DNA from: a virus
Lineage: Duplodnaviria > Caudoviricetes
DNA: 64,000 nucleotides
IMG/VR virus record: IMGVR_UViG_3300021431_004532
Span: 5,612 to 69,611 of that record
Direction: 5' to 3' (one strand)
Position 1 is the first letter of the stretch. Every line of letters begins with the position of its first letter. Under the pieces are notes generated by a model, which was not told where the DNA came from, made no database searches, and worked only from the letters and a program-made list of their open reading frames with translations. Made by a program: the position numbers and the translations under genes. This document shows, in pieces, positions 26,113 to 36,020 of this stretch.

Positions 26113-27522
26113 ATGCAAAATATTAAGGAAATCTTGGCACAGCCTGCAGGTAGTGCTATAACAGAACTGAAAAAGAAATCCGTTTCAATTCCTGATTGGA
26201 AGGATTTGATAAAAGAGTACGAGCCTACCATGCATACTATTGTAAGTGATAGGCTGGGCAGAAAGGATAGACTTCGTTCTGACCAAGTAGTAGAAAAGGC
26301 TAGTCGAATTTATATCGGAATGGAGAAACTGCTTTCCTGCCGATATAACGAGTATTCTTTCTCTCTACCTGTAAAGAGAGTATATTCAAATCTGGAAGGC
26401 AACAAGACCAGACAGGAAATTGCCAACGCTATAGAGCTTATCTATAAACATGCTCGCATAAATGCAGTAAACCTCAAGAGAGGACTGGCATATTATGCTG
26501 CTTGTGAAATGTTTACTATCTGGTATACGGTAGAGCGCCCAAACACGTTATACGGCTTTCAAAGCAAGTATAAATTGAAGTGTAAAACTTACTCTCCAAT
26601 GGAGGGGTACAAGTTGTACCCTCTCTTTGATGAAATGGATGATATGGTAGCCATGTCATTTGAATATCAAAAGAAGGACGGAGAGCAGAGTGTAAATTAT
26701 TTTGAGACTTTTACTGAAGATAGGCACTATAAGTGGAAAGGTGACAGTTCAAGTGCAGACGGTTGGACTGAGGTCCTTAATGAAGAGATTAACATCATGA
26801 AAATTCCTGGAGCATATATATGGCGTCCAGTTCCAGTGTATCATGGTTTATCTTACTTGCGTGAAGAAATGGAGTACACCCTTTCTCGTAACAGTGATGT
26901 GATAGCATACAACTCTGCTCCAGTGCTGAAGGTTGTGGGAAAGATTATAGGTGACGAAGAAAAGGGAGAATCACGCAGAGCATTCCGTATGGAGAATGGA
27001 GGCGATGTGTCGTATGTGTCATGGCAGCAGTCTATTGACGCATTGAAGTACCATATCGATATGCTCATAAAGTTGTTCTTCATGCAGGCACAGATGCCTG
27101 ACGTGTCATTCGATAACCTGAAGGGGCTGGGAAGCATCGGATATGATGCCAGACAGACGTTGTTTACAGACGCTCATTTGAAGATAGGTGACGAGGCAGG
27201 TGCTTGGATAGAGTTCTTCGAGAGAGAATGTAATGTCATCAAGGCGTTCCTGAAGAAGTTGAACACTAAATGGGCAAATGAGATTGATAATGTAGATATA
27301 GAGCATATCATAACTCCATTCGTTCAAAATGACGAGAAGTATGAAATCGAAAAGTGGATGAAAGCAAATGGCGACAAGCCGCTTATCGGACACTTGGAGT
27401 CTATCCGCAAGGCAGGTGTATCAGAAGATCCTGATGCTACCTATGAAGAGTATAAGCAAGAACAAGACGCGTCACTGGAGAACCGTGTAAACGACATCTT
27501 TGGTGGTTCGTCAGCCGAATAA
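26113..27522 (+). CDS. Portal protein (SPP1 gp6-like)
   Basis: ~470 aa; size, position and motifs (YVSWQQSIDALKYHI, ECNVIKAFL, IEHIITPF). Confidence 0.85.
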   Translation: MQNIKEILAQPAGSAITELKKKSVSIPDWKDLIKEYEPTMHTIVSDRLGRKDRLRSDQVVEKASRIYIGMEKLLSCRYNEYSFSLPVKRVYSNLEGNKTRQEIANAIELIYKHARINAVNLKRGLAYYAACEMFTIWYTVERPNTLYGFQSKYKLKCKTYSPMEGYKLYPLFDEMDDMVAMSFEYQKKDGEQSVNYFETFTEDRHYKWKGDSSSADGWTEVLNEEINIMKIPGAYIWRPVPVYHGLSYLREEMEYTLSRNSDVIAYNSAPVLKVVGKIIGDEEKGESRRAFRMENGGDVSYVSWQQSIDALKYHIDMLIKLFFMQAQMPDVSFDNLKGLGSIGYDARQTLFTDAHLKIGDEAGAWIEFFERECNVIKAFLKKLNTKWANEIDNVDIEHIITPFVQNDEKYEIEKWMKANGDKPLIGHLESIRKAGVSEDPDATYEEYKQEQDASLENRVNDIFGGSSAE

Positions 27523-27546
27523 CATATAACATAAAACCTGAATGAT

Positions 27547-27897
27547 ATGAAGAAAAGATTAGGAACATGGTTTCTGCTTGTTGCAAAGCGCCTTAACCCT
27601 GATATAACTGTTAAGAATTCCAAAGCAGTCGAAGGCTATGAGCCTAAGAAGCTCGGTCTTTCTTTTGAGATAAGGAAGCAGGATATAAGGTTATTGCGTG
27701 ATGCTAAAGGTCTTGATGAGCAGAGCAGTCGTAAGAAGATTGTCGAAGACACTAAATGCCGTATAGTAAATTCTATACTTGATGGTGTTGTTAGCAAGAA
27801 CCTCATTGAGTTTGATGTACGCAAGAAAGGCGTCGGTTACATCATCACTGGTTCCTTGAATGTGTATGTTCCCCAGTCTGATTGCAGTGGCAAATAG
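27547..27897 (+). CDS. Hypothetical protein
   Basis: 116-aa ORF. Confidence 0.5.
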   Translation: MKKRLGTWFLLVAKRLNPDITVKNSKAVEGYEPKKLGLSFEIRKQDIRLLRDAKGLDEQSSRKKIVEDTKCRIVNSILDGVVSKNLIEFDVRKKGVGYIITGSLNVYVPQSDCSGK

Positions 27898-28081
27898 AAT
27901 TGTACAAAATAGCACCACGCATCGATGTGGAGAGTGTGAACATGTGACACCTGTTACTCGTTTCCACTCCCTCAGCGTCAAAGGTCTACCGACACTTGGC
28001 GAATGTCCTTTCTGGAAGAATTCTAAAAGTGTGCTACTGAGTCAGCCTGCATGCGAGAAACATTTTAAGATGAAGATTTAA
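27860..28081 (+). CDS. Small Cys-rich protein
   Basis: CGECEH...ECPF...ACEKHF. Confidence 0.45.
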   Translation: MCMFPSLIAVANRIVQNSTTHRCGECEHVTPVTRFHSLSVKGLPTLGECPFWKNSKSVLLSQPACEKHFKMKI

Positions 28082-28449
28082 TGGCACCAATCATCACATT
28101 AGAGAAGTTTGAATTTGAAGAAAGTAGGTATCACAGAGGCGATAAAGGATGGTTAGCTACAACCCTACTTAAAGCCGTTAGAGACCAAAACCTTGAAGCC
28201 TTTGATTACCCTGTTGCTGCATACGATATGAGCAATAGGAATTTCAGCCTCGAGAACATGGACGATTTCTGTTGGCAGGTAAGAAGAACCCTCGCTGCTG
28301 ACTATGAGACCTACCCTATAATACTAGACGATTTAGGTCAGGTGGCAGACGGAAATCACAGAATATGCCATGCTATCATAGACGGTGTAACTACTGTGAA
28401 AGCCTATCGTCTTCAGTATATGCCTAAACCTGATTTTGTTGACAATTAA
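28081..28449 (+). CDS. Short ParB-like domain protein
   Basis: YPIILDDLGQVADGNHRICHAI. Confidence 0.65.
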   Translation: MAPIITLEKFEFEESRYHRGDKGWLATTLLKAVRDQNLEAFDYPVAAYDMSNRNFSLENMDDFCWQVRRTLAADYETYPIILDDLGQVADGNHRICHAIIDGVTTVKAYRLQYMPKPDFVDN

Positions 28450-28453
28450 AGAC

Positions 28454-30190
28454 ATGGCAAAGCCTAAAGGTATCAATCAGAAAGCAAAGTACAGAGCGCA
28501 CTCTATCCGTATGGCGAAATATGTGGGTAGGGTGCAGTCTGTTTATGATACCTTAAACGAAGAGATAGCCAGTTCTGTTGTCAAGACGTCTTATGACGGA
28601 ACCAAGCCTTTTCGGTTCTCTGACTACCCAGTTACAAAGAAAAAGTTTGATGAAGTACAGGCGGCATTTGTAAAAGACTTGCGTGCTGTCATAGAACGTG
28701 GGACAAGTGAAGAATGGAAGGAGAGCAATCTTGTTCAGGACCTTCTTGCAGATAAGGTTTTGAAATTCTATGGAGCTAAGGTGAGAGGAAAGAAGCACCG
28801 TGTCTATTACCAGACTAACAGCGACGCACTGAAAGCTTTCCAGAAACGTAAGGACAAAGGTCTTGGATTGTCTGAAAGGCTGTGGAACCAGTCTAAGGAT
28901 TATAAGGAGGAAATGGAGTATGCGATTTCCTCTGCAGTGGAGAAAGGAACCAGTGCAGTCAAGCTGAGCAAGAGGCTGAGCAAGTACCTCACAGACTACC
29001 CTACCCTCAAGAAAGACTACAAGGAGAAGTTCGGAAGGGCAGTGAATTGTCATGACTGTGAGTATAGGAGTATGCGTCTTGCACGCTCCGAAATCAATAT
29101 GGCATATCGTTCTGCAGAGCAGGAAAGGTGGAAGCAGTTTGATTTCGTGCTGGGATATGAAGTGAAACTGACTCAGAATGGTAAGCATAAGCCTGACATC
29201 TGTGATGACCTTGCTGGTAAGTACCCAAAGGATTTCGTGTTTCTCGGCTGGCACCCAAATTGTATGTGCTATGTAATTCCAATTCTAAAGACTGAGGAAG
29301 AATTCTGGGGTGAGAAGGAGGCGGTGCCAGTTAACGATGTCCCAGACGGAATGAAGGATTGGTTGTATGCGAACTCAGAACGCATAACGGATGCAGAAAA
29401 AAAAGGCACTTTGCCGTACTGGATCAGTGATAACAGCGACATTATAAGAGCCGGAAGCATTATTGATTCACCAGTCATCCCTGTCGCTAAGCCTGTTGAC
29501 AACCCTATCGATATGATAGGAAGGATGCGGTCAGATTATGCAGAAAAATGCAAGATAGAGGGAGCGTTTAATATTAGTAGAATATTGCCCAACTTTAACT
29601 GGGAAGAATGGGTGTCCGATTATGAGAAGCTTCTGGAAGACTATGATTGCACACTAAGCCGCTTCACCATAAAGGACGGGTTCGGACAGAGTGTGGACGC
29701 ATACCTGTTCGGGAAATACAAAGGTCAAGAGTTTTATATTCAAAGAACGTTCGTGCGATCAGAAGATAAGTTAATTGCAAAGCATGATAGAATGGAGTTG
29801 CCAGAAGAGTTACAAGGAAGAGGGTTCTGTAAAAGATTTTTAGCGAACTCCTACAAACAATATGTTGCGGCAGGGATTGATGAAATATCATTAGTGGCCA
29901 ACATTACGGTAGGAGGATATTGTTGGGGGAAATATGGTTTCTATACTGACAGATCAAGCGCCCTTGGTGTTGCTATAAAAGACGAGGCAAACCCTGTATC
30001 GAAAGTGATGAAGGGTGTAATTGATGCCTTCTATAGTTCGCATAAAGAGGATGAGCTGTTCCCAATGAGGCTGCTTTCAGATATAGAAGGGGCAAAAGAA
30101 TATATGATGGGTGCGAAATGGTTTGGAGAATTGAACATCAAAGACAAGGCGAAATCCCAAACCTTCATAGAATATTTATTTGGAAAGTGA
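28454..30190 (+). CDS. Minor head (MuF/SPP1 gp7-like) protein with C-terminal GNAT-like extension
   Basis: RLARSEINMAYR, ICDDLAGKYPK, GWHPNCMC; C-terminal LPEELQGRGFCKRFL...VANITVGGYCWGKYGF. Confidence 0.8.
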   Translation: MAKPKGINQKAKYRAHSIRMAKYVGRVQSVYDTLNEEIASSVVKTSYDGTKPFRFSDYPVTKKKFDEVQAAFVKDLRAVIERGTSEEWKESNLVQDLLADKVLKFYGAKVRGKKHRVYYQTNSDALKAFQKRKDKGLGLSERLWNQSKDYKEEMEYAISSAVEKGTSAVKLSKRLSKYLTDYPTLKKDYKEKFGRAVNCHDCEYRSMRLARSEINMAYRSAEQERWKQFDFVLGYEVKLTQNGKHKPDICDDLAGKYPKDFVFLGWHPNCMCYVIPILKTEEEFWGEKEAVPVNDVPDGMKDWLYANSERITDAEKKGTLPYWISDNSDIIRAGSIIDSPVIPVAKPVDNPIDMIGRMRSDYAEKCKIEGAFNISRILPNFNWEEWVSDYEKLLEDYDCTLSRFTIKDGFGQSVDAYLFGKYKGQEFYIQRTFVRSEDKLIAKHDRMELPEELQGRGFCKRFLANSYKQYVAAGIDEISLVANITVGGYCWGKYGFYTDRSSALGVAIKDEANPVSKVMKGVIDAFYSSHKEDELFPMRLLSDIEGAKEYMMGAKWFGELNIKDKAKSQTFIEYLFGK

Positions 30191-30376
30191 TAGCCAAAAG
30201 GTCTTATATTTCATAGCCTGCTCCCATGTTATTCCATATACTTTACATAAACGGAGCTGTTCACTCTTTGGCGCGTCTTTGAAATTGTTCCAAATATTGC
30301 CAGCGCGTAGTCTGATTTCAGTTTCTTCAGAAACAGAAAACTCGGAGTGCATTTTTGTTGTCAGTTCTTCTTTCAT
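30176..30376 (-). CDS. Small convergent protein, candidate immunity/antitoxin
   Basis: Own -7 box TACCTTTG (30388-30381) 4 nt before ATG; overlaps the MuF 3' end. Confidence 0.5.
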   Translation of the reverse strand: MKEELTTKMHSEFSVSEETEIRLRAGNIWNNFKDAPKSEQLRLCKVYGITWEQAMKYKTFWLSLSK

Positions 30377-30441
30377 GCCACAAAGGTACGAAGATTATTC
30401 GATATGAGCAAATTTTAGATAGTTTTTTTTATAATTACCGC

Positions 30442-30566
30442 AAAAGTTAAACTATTTGAAAATCAGCACGTTATGACGAAAATAACGTGCTTTTTGCTTG
30501 CATATAAGCTAAAAATTGACTACCTTTACACTATAAATAAAGAACCTATAAAACAAAAGAGCAATG
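30442..30566 (+). promoter_or_regulatory. Class B promoter module copy 3
   Basis: AAAAGTTAAA 30442, TACCTTTACACTATAA 30521, AAGAGCAATG 30557. Confidence 0.75.
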
Positions 30567-30833
30567 AAAGAATTTAGTAGAAAAGAGTTCGCAGTCCTCA
30601 AGCACAAAGTTGAGGTAGAAACAAGTTACAACTGCCATTCAGAGGCATTGAAGATGATAGCAGATTTCTTTGGCTATCCTGAGTATAGTTACCTGTTCTT
30701 GCAGTATTCTCTCAAGGAAGGGCTCAGTGTAAAGGAATTTGAGGAAAAGTGTGAAGCCTCAGACAGAATGTTCATCATCATCGAGAAACAGTATGGCAAA
30801 GATGTTGTCAATGAGCTAAAGAAAGTATTATAA
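30564..30833 (+). CDS. Accessory island 3 hypothetical protein
   Basis: Starts at AAGAGCAATG. Confidence 0.6.
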   Translation: MKEFSRKEFAVLKHKVEVETSYNCHSEALKMIADFFGYPEYSYLFLQYSLKEGLSVKEFEEKCEASDRMFIIIEKQYGKDVVNELKKVL

Positions 30834-30858
30834 GTTTAACCAGTAAATTTTTAGAGCA

Positions 30859-31473
30859 ATGAAGAAAGAAGAAATGAAAGCGGCTATCACAGCCAACTTT
30901 GAGAACCACGAGTTCAATGAGGCAATGGAACTGAACAAAGATTTGTTCCAGGAGTATGAGAAAGTAGCAGGCAAGCGTAGTCTTGCGAGTCTTATTACCT
31001 ACTGGAAGAAGAAGAATGTTTCCCCTGCTCCTGCAGAGGAACCAACCAAGCAGGAAGAGATAACTGCAACAGAAAGTCAGGGCGAGACTCCAAAAGAGGG
31101 TGTCGAGGTAAAGACTGGCATCATCGACGAGGAGAAGGCAAAGGCTATTATTGAGTCTTCAAATGCAGGTTTGTATTGTATCATCAAAGAAGAGTTCAAG
31201 CAGGTAAGCGATACTGAGCGCTTCGTACAGACCACCATGATTGTCAAGCCTGACGGAGCTGGCTGGGACACCTACAAAGATGTTGTTGCTAAACTCGGAG
31301 GTAAGAAGGGTGTCAGCAAGCGTAAGGTCGGTAGTCTCTGGAGGTCCAACTGCGGTATCCCTGTAGGAGAAGAAATCACTACATGGAATATATGGAAGAT
31401 TGGCGATGCCCTCAAGCGCTATGCTTTCAGGAACAACGAGTCTGCACTGAGAAAGGTAACAACTGTATTATAA
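30859..31473 (+). CDS. Accessory island 3 hypothetical protein
   Basis: Starts at AGAGCAATG. Confidence 0.6.
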   Translation: MKKEEMKAAITANFENHEFNEAMELNKDLFQEYEKVAGKRSLASLITYWKKKNVSPAPAEEPTKQEEITATESQGETPKEGVEVKTGIIDEEKAKAIIESSNAGLYCIIKEEFKQVSDTERFVQTTMIVKPDGAGWDTYKDVVAKLGGKKGVSKRKVGSLWRSNCGIPVGEEITTWNIWKIGDALKRYAFRNNESALRKVTTVL

Positions 31474-31487
31474 GAAAGGAGGAAGCT

Positions 31488-31685
31488 ATGGGATTAGTAA
31501 AGAATGTAAGCAGAAGCCTGTCTGTCTCAATGGAAGAGGCTAACAATATAATAAATGAACAGGCAAACCTCTGTAGGGATATGTTATCTGTCGGGGAATT
31601 GGAATATGACGATGTAGAACAGGCAATGGCAGATATGGGAGTAGAACCTGACTTAATGGAAGATTTTCTATTTAGAATGATGTAA
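31488..31685 (+). CDS. Accessory acidic small protein
   Basis: Likely start MGLVKN. Confidence 0.5.
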   Translation: MGLVKNVSRSLSVSMEEANNIINEQANLCRDMLSVGELEYDDVEQAMADMGVEPDLMEDFLFRMM

Positions 31686-31702
31686 GAATAGTAAAATGCG
31701 AG

Positions 31703-31739
31703 AAATACAGAGGTCTCAAAAGACTTCTGTATTTTTTTT
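31703..31739. terminator. Bidirectional intrinsic terminator
   Basis: 14-bp stem AAATACAGAGGTCT/AGACTTCTGTATTT between convergent genes. Confidence 0.8.
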
Positions 31740-32058
31740 ATTCGATGTGTTCGTATAATACCCAGACTTCACGCCCGCTTAACAGGTGTATTTGTACCTT
31801 TCCTTTGCGGACATGTTCTATTTTTCCCCACATACCCTTATGCAAAATAACAGCGTCCCCAGATTTCAATATGGAGTTTATAGCCTTAGCATCTTTGTTG
31901 TTTGCATTTGCTTCAACGACATCAAGAAGGTATTCGCTTGATGTTCCTATAGTTTCTGTTTTGATGCTGATGCTTTCACCTACCTTCATGGTCCTTGTTT
32001 TTTTTCCGCATGAGGTGGTTAACGTAACTATCAGTAATAGTGCTAGTAACTTTTTCAT
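31738..32058 (-). CDS. Small lipoprotein moron (possible superinfection exclusion)
   Basis: MKKLLALLLIVTLTTSC lipobox; own TATCTTTG box (32070-32063) just upstream of ATG. Confidence 0.65.
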   Translation of the reverse strand: MKKLLALLLIVTLTTSCGKKTRTMKVGESISIKTETIGTSSEYLLDVVEANANNKDAKAINSILKSGDAVILHKGMWGKIEHVRKGKVQIHLLSGREVWVLYEHIE

Positions 32059-32137
32059 GCAACAAAGATAGCATTTTTTTTGCATATACAGCGAGAGGTA
32101 TATATAAAAACGCAGGAAAAAGAAATAAAAATGCTTT

Positions 32138-32176
32138 TATTTCAAACACTTTTTGGAATGTTTTTTGTAATTTTGT
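32138..32176 (+). promoter_or_regulatory. Class A-like late promoter for head-tail operon
   Basis: TATTTCAAACA box then TAATTTTG at 32168-32175. Confidence 0.55.
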
Positions 32177-32278
32177 TACCGACAAGGCGTATGTAGGTGC
32201 ACACATAATACCTTTTCTGAATTGATGATTATGCGTTCATCACGACGCTATAAGTGTAATCATTAAAAAAGTTCCACA

Positions 32279-33058
32279 ATGAACAAAAGACAGAGAAGGG
32301 TTTTTACCTTGTTGAGAACGAAGACTAAGGCAATCGGTCTCAATCGTAAGGAGCTAGAGGGTCTTGCGCTGAAGATTGACAAGAACCTGGAGCTCGAAGA
32401 AGATGCCTCAGATGAGGAAATTGACGCTGCCATTGAGGAGGCAATTGATGCGGCAATTCCATTCTTAGAAGTGAGCCAGTCCGTGGCTCAGCGCTCTATC
32501 CAGAATGCTTTACAGCGCAGACGTGCTAATCAGGACACTGATGACAACGACGACGATGATTCTAACGATGATGATTCTAACGACGATGATTCAGACGGAG
32601 ACGGCAACGGCAGTGGTAAAGGAAAAGGAAAGGGCAAAAAAAACCCAAAGACACCAGCGGTAGATAGCGCAATAATGACGCTTCTCAAGGAGCAGAGTGA
32701 CGCTATCAAGTCTCTCAATGAAAAGTTCGCCTCAATGCAGGGAAGTCAGACAAAAGATGCCAGACGTGCGCAACTGAAGAAACTTCTAGAGAACACAGGT
32801 CAGTATGGCAAGTCGGTTCTGAAACAGTTTGATTTCATGGACTTCAAGACAGACGAAGATTTTGAGGACTATCTTGATGGTGTACGTGACGACCTTGACG
32901 CTTACAACCAAGAGCGTGCTGACCAAGGCTTGAAAAAGCTAGGTGAAGTTCCTGCTGGTGGTAAAGACGATAAGGGCGGCAAAGGCGGTAAAATCGAAGC
33001 TCTGTCTGATGAAGACATTATTGCCCTCGCAGGCGGTAGTAATAACCAAAACAAGTAA
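32279..33058 (+). CDS. Capsid scaffolding protein
   Basis: Acidic/low-complexity coiled-coil protein upstream of decoration and capsid genes. Confidence 0.65.
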   Translation: MNKRQRRVFTLLRTKTKAIGLNRKELEGLALKIDKNLELEEDASDEEIDAAIEEAIDAAIPFLEVSQSVAQRSIQNALQRRRANQDTDDNDDDDSNDDDSNDDDSDGDGNGSGKGKGKGKKNPKTPAVDSAIMTLLKEQSDAIKSLNEKFASMQGSQTKDARRAQLKKLLENTGQYGKSVLKQFDFMDFKTDEDFEDYLDGVRDDLDAYNQERADQGLKKLGEVPAGGKDDKGGKGGKIEALSDEDIIALAGGSNNQNK

Positions 33059-33070
33059 AATGTAACCAGT

Positions 33071-33481
33071 ATGGGAGCTCAAGCAAATCTTATCTCAGAA
33101 TTTAATCACATTGATTCTGCTAATGATTCAATCGTGATTCGCAAGTATGGCGCTGGTATAGTTGGCGGTCGTACTCTCGACATGACAGACTTCCCAGCAA
33201 ACCTCAAGTGCATTCGTGCAGGTCACGTGGTTATCCGTAGCACTACGGACGAAACTCTCTACAAGCCAATGCCAGTCAATCAGGCTGGTGACGGCTACGG
33301 CTCATTGCCTAACGGCTATGAGTATGTAGGTGTAGTAGTAGCCACAAAGCCAGTTGACTACCCTCTCGTAGGCATCATGTACGCAGGTGAGGTTAATGAT
33401 GTGGCAAGTCCATATCCAGTTGATTCAATCAAGGCAGCGATGAAGACTGCACTTCCCTGCCTCGTGTATATGCACGACTAA
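33071..33481 (+). CDS. Head decoration/stabilising protein
   Basis: 136 aa; GGRTLD...IRAGHVVI; position between scaffold and MCP. Confidence 0.65.
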   Translation: MGAQANLISEFNHIDSANDSIVIRKYGAGIVGGRTLDMTDFPANLKCIRAGHVVIRSTTDETLYKPMPVNQAGDGYGSLPNGYEYVGVVVATKPVDYPLVGIMYAGEVNDVASPYPVDSIKAAMKTALPCLVYMHD

Positions 33482-33509
33482 GTTGTAGAACTCTAAAACG
33501 GAAAAAGAT

Positions 33510-34844
33510 ATGCAAGAATCATTGTTTATCCAGTTCATCATGGCTCTGTTCCCAAAGCTGTCTCTGTATGTGACAACTAAGGTGAACAATGGTAATGCCA
33601 TGACCTACCTCCACAAGACTATGCTGGAGCCTGTTTACAGTGCTGACCAGAAGTGGGAGGGAACTTCTGCCAACACAGTGTATGTTGCTGCTGATATGGT
33701 GGCTATGGACTCACCTCTTCCAGTGAAGAAGCGTGATTCTATCGCAACCTCTAACGGCAAACTGCCAAAGATCGGCATGGAGAAGAAGAAGGGTGAGACC
33801 GACATCAACACCCTGAATATTATGAACGCTCAGTATCAGACTCTGGTAGCAGGTGGCAACCAGACCGCTGCTGCTTCTCAGCGTCAGCGTATCATTCAGC
33901 GCTTTGCTAACGATGCAGTTTACTGCTCTGTTGGTATTGACGAGAAGAATGAGGCAAACTTCCTTACGGCACTTTCTGATGGTGTCATGGCTGTTCCTGA
34001 CGATGAGAATACTGGCACTGCACTCCGTGTTTCATTCGGTTATGACAAGTTCCCTGGCAACCACTTCGGTGTCGAGGAGAAAGGTCATATCGGACGTGAC
34101 GACATTGAGCGTGTACTTGCAAAGGCAAATGCCAACGGTGTGACTATCACTACTATTGCCATTGCACTCTCAACGTACCGTGAAATGAAGAAGGAGCGCT
34201 GGGCACGTGAGCTCGTAGCAGACGCAAAGGATATGGCATACAACGACAACACGAAGTTGCCAATTCCTAATGCAACTGCATTCGACGAGGCATTTGCTAC
34301 AGAGTTCGGTGGCATCCAGTTCCTCAAGATAGACCGCACGGTGTACTTTGAGAAGAACGGCAAGCGCACTCCAGTCAAGCCTTTCAACGCTGACAAGCTG
34401 GTGTTCCTGTCTTCTACTCAGGTCGGCTCTCTCGTATGGGGTACACTCGCAGAGGTTACCAACCCTGTCAATGGCGTTAACTACGCTACCATAGACCAGT
34501 ACAAACTCATTTCAGAGTATTCTACAACGAAGCCTCTGATTGAGCATACAACTGGTGAGGCATTGGTAATCCCAGTTATCGAGAATGTAGACATGATTTA
34601 CACTATCGATAAGTCCAATGCTTACGAGGTTGACACAGAGGCAGAGGCAGAGGACACTGATGACGAGTACATCACTATCAACGGCAAGAAGTACAGCAAG
34701 GCAGATGTAGCAGCACAACTTACTGCTATGGGCTACAAGACCTCTGCTGACGTCAAGGACGAGACCATCATGAAGAAGGTCAACGCCCTGAGCGATGAGG
34801 AGGAGGAGACATTCTTTGCTGCACTGACAGAAGTTAACGGCTAA
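33510..34844 (+). CDS. Major capsid protein with ~70-aa C-terminal extension
   Basis: AADMVAMDSPLPVKKRD...GKLPKIGM; highly biased codon usage; position. Confidence 0.8.
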   Translation: MQESLFIQFIMALFPKLSLYVTTKVNNGNAMTYLHKTMLEPVYSADQKWEGTSANTVYVAADMVAMDSPLPVKKRDSIATSNGKLPKIGMEKKKGETDINTLNIMNAQYQTLVAGGNQTAAASQRQRIIQRFANDAVYCSVGIDEKNEANFLTALSDGVMAVPDDENTGTALRVSFGYDKFPGNHFGVEEKGHIGRDDIERVLAKANANGVTITTIAIALSTYREMKKERWARELVADAKDMAYNDNTKLPIPNATAFDEAFATEFGGIQFLKIDRTVYFEKNGKRTPVKPFNADKLVFLSSTQVGSLVWGTLAEVTNPVNGVNYATIDQYKLISEYSTTKPLIEHTTGEALVIPVIENVDMIYTIDKSNAYEVDTEAEAEDTDDEYITINGKKYSKADVAAQLTAMGYKTSADVKDETIMKKVNALSDEEEETFFAALTEVNG

Positions 34845-34855
34845 ACTACAGGGAT

Positions 34856-35188
34856 ATGAATAAGACAGTCAGACAAGCGCTAATAGACGAGATTGTTTAC
34901 CCACTTCCAGAAGGGAAGATAGATAACAAGATTGTTGCTCGAGGTCTCAAAGCAGAAGCCTCATACGATGCTACTATCGCAAAGAGTGATGCATATCGAG
35001 GTGCTTACGCTGATTGCCTTATTGCCCTTGTTCAGTCTGTTAGTTTCTCGGAAGCCGACAAGAGTGTCAGTGCTATCTCTGATGAAATGAAAAAGAAACT
35101 AATTGCTATTGCCAACTCCATATATAAAGCCATCGGTGAAGAAGAAGTGCAAACCGAATCAGAGCCGATGGTCTACATCAACTGCTAA
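34856..35188 (+). CDS. Head-tail adaptor
   Basis: 110 aa after MCP; SVSFSEADKSVS. Confidence 0.6.
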   Translation: MNKTVRQALIDEIVYPLPEGKIDNKIVARGLKAEASYDATIAKSDAYRGAYADCLIALVQSVSFSEADKSVSAISDEMKKKLIAIANSIYKAIGEEEVQTESEPMVYINC

Positions 35189-35193
35189 GTGTC

Positions 35194-35532
35194 ATGCCTA
35201 TACTGAAGATAAAACCCCACTTGCTCGAAGTTCTTACACTCGGAGAAGAGTATGAGGATGAGAACGGTGATTTCCACGAAGGTGCAAAGGAATGGGTAGA
35301 ACTATGCAAATGCGATGCTGTTCCTGCAGGAGAAGCAAGAGAAATCACTTTGCCAGACGGAATGGCTGTTGCCTACACCTACACTATCTACCTACCTAAG
35401 AACACTCGTGAATTTCATGTCGGTGAGAAAGTAAGGATCAGTTTCTTCGGTAACGGCACCTTGCAGGAGAAGAAGGAGTTTGAGGTAAAAGGTTTCCATG
35501 CTTATCAACATCAATGTAAGATGTGGGTATGA
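35194..35532 (+). CDS. Head closure protein
   Basis: Position; YEDENGDFH...YTYTIYLP. Confidence 0.6.
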   Translation: MPILKIKPHLLEVLTLGEEYEDENGDFHEGAKEWVELCKCDAVPAGEAREITLPDGMAVAYTYTIYLPKNTREFHVGEKVRISFFGNGTLQEKKEFEVKGFHAYQHQCKMWV

Positions 35533-36020
35533 GTGATATAAAACTGGTCACACCAAAGAATGCTATAGACGAGCTATTCGTCAAAGCCGCCAAGATACTC
35601 TTTGACAGGGTGCAGTACAACCTCAACTATCTGGGGCTTGATTGCATCAGACGCATACGAGACAGAAACGGTAGCGATAGCTGGTATGACCAGACTGGTA
35701 ACCTCAGAAGTTCAATAGGCTATGCAATCTATTCTTACGGACAGAAGCAGATAGAGTCCACCTTTACCTCTGTTCTAGGAGGCACGGAAGGCTCGCAGAA
35801 AGGACGTAAGATGGTTGAGGACCTAGCGAAGCAGTATTCAGACACATACGCATTGGTAGTAGTAGCCGCAATGGAATATGCCGATTTTGTTGAAGCCATA
35901 GAGTCCAAAGATGTGTTAGCGTCAACAGAAGTCTATGCTAAGTCGGTAGCCAAGCGGTATCTAGAGAAAGCCGTCAGGGAAGCAGAAAACGAAATCCAAA
36001 AACTTGAAGTCTCTCTATGA
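35523..36020 (+). CDS. Tail completion (HK97 gp10-like) protein
   Basis: WYDQTGNLRSSIGY...AAMEYADFVEA. Confidence 0.65.
   Translation: MGMSDIKLVTPKNAIDELFVKAAKILFDRVQYNLNYLGLDCIRRIRDRNGSDSWYDQTGNLRSSIGYAIYSYGQKQIESTFTSVLGGTEGSQKGRKMVEDLAKQYSDTYALVVVAAMEYADFVEAIESKDVLASTEVYAKSVAKRYLEKAVREAENEIQKLEVSL

Noticed and set aside
32540-32645. GATGATTCTAAC-type tandem repeats in the scaffold gene
   Set aside because: Encode an ordinary Asp/Gly/Lys low-complexity linker
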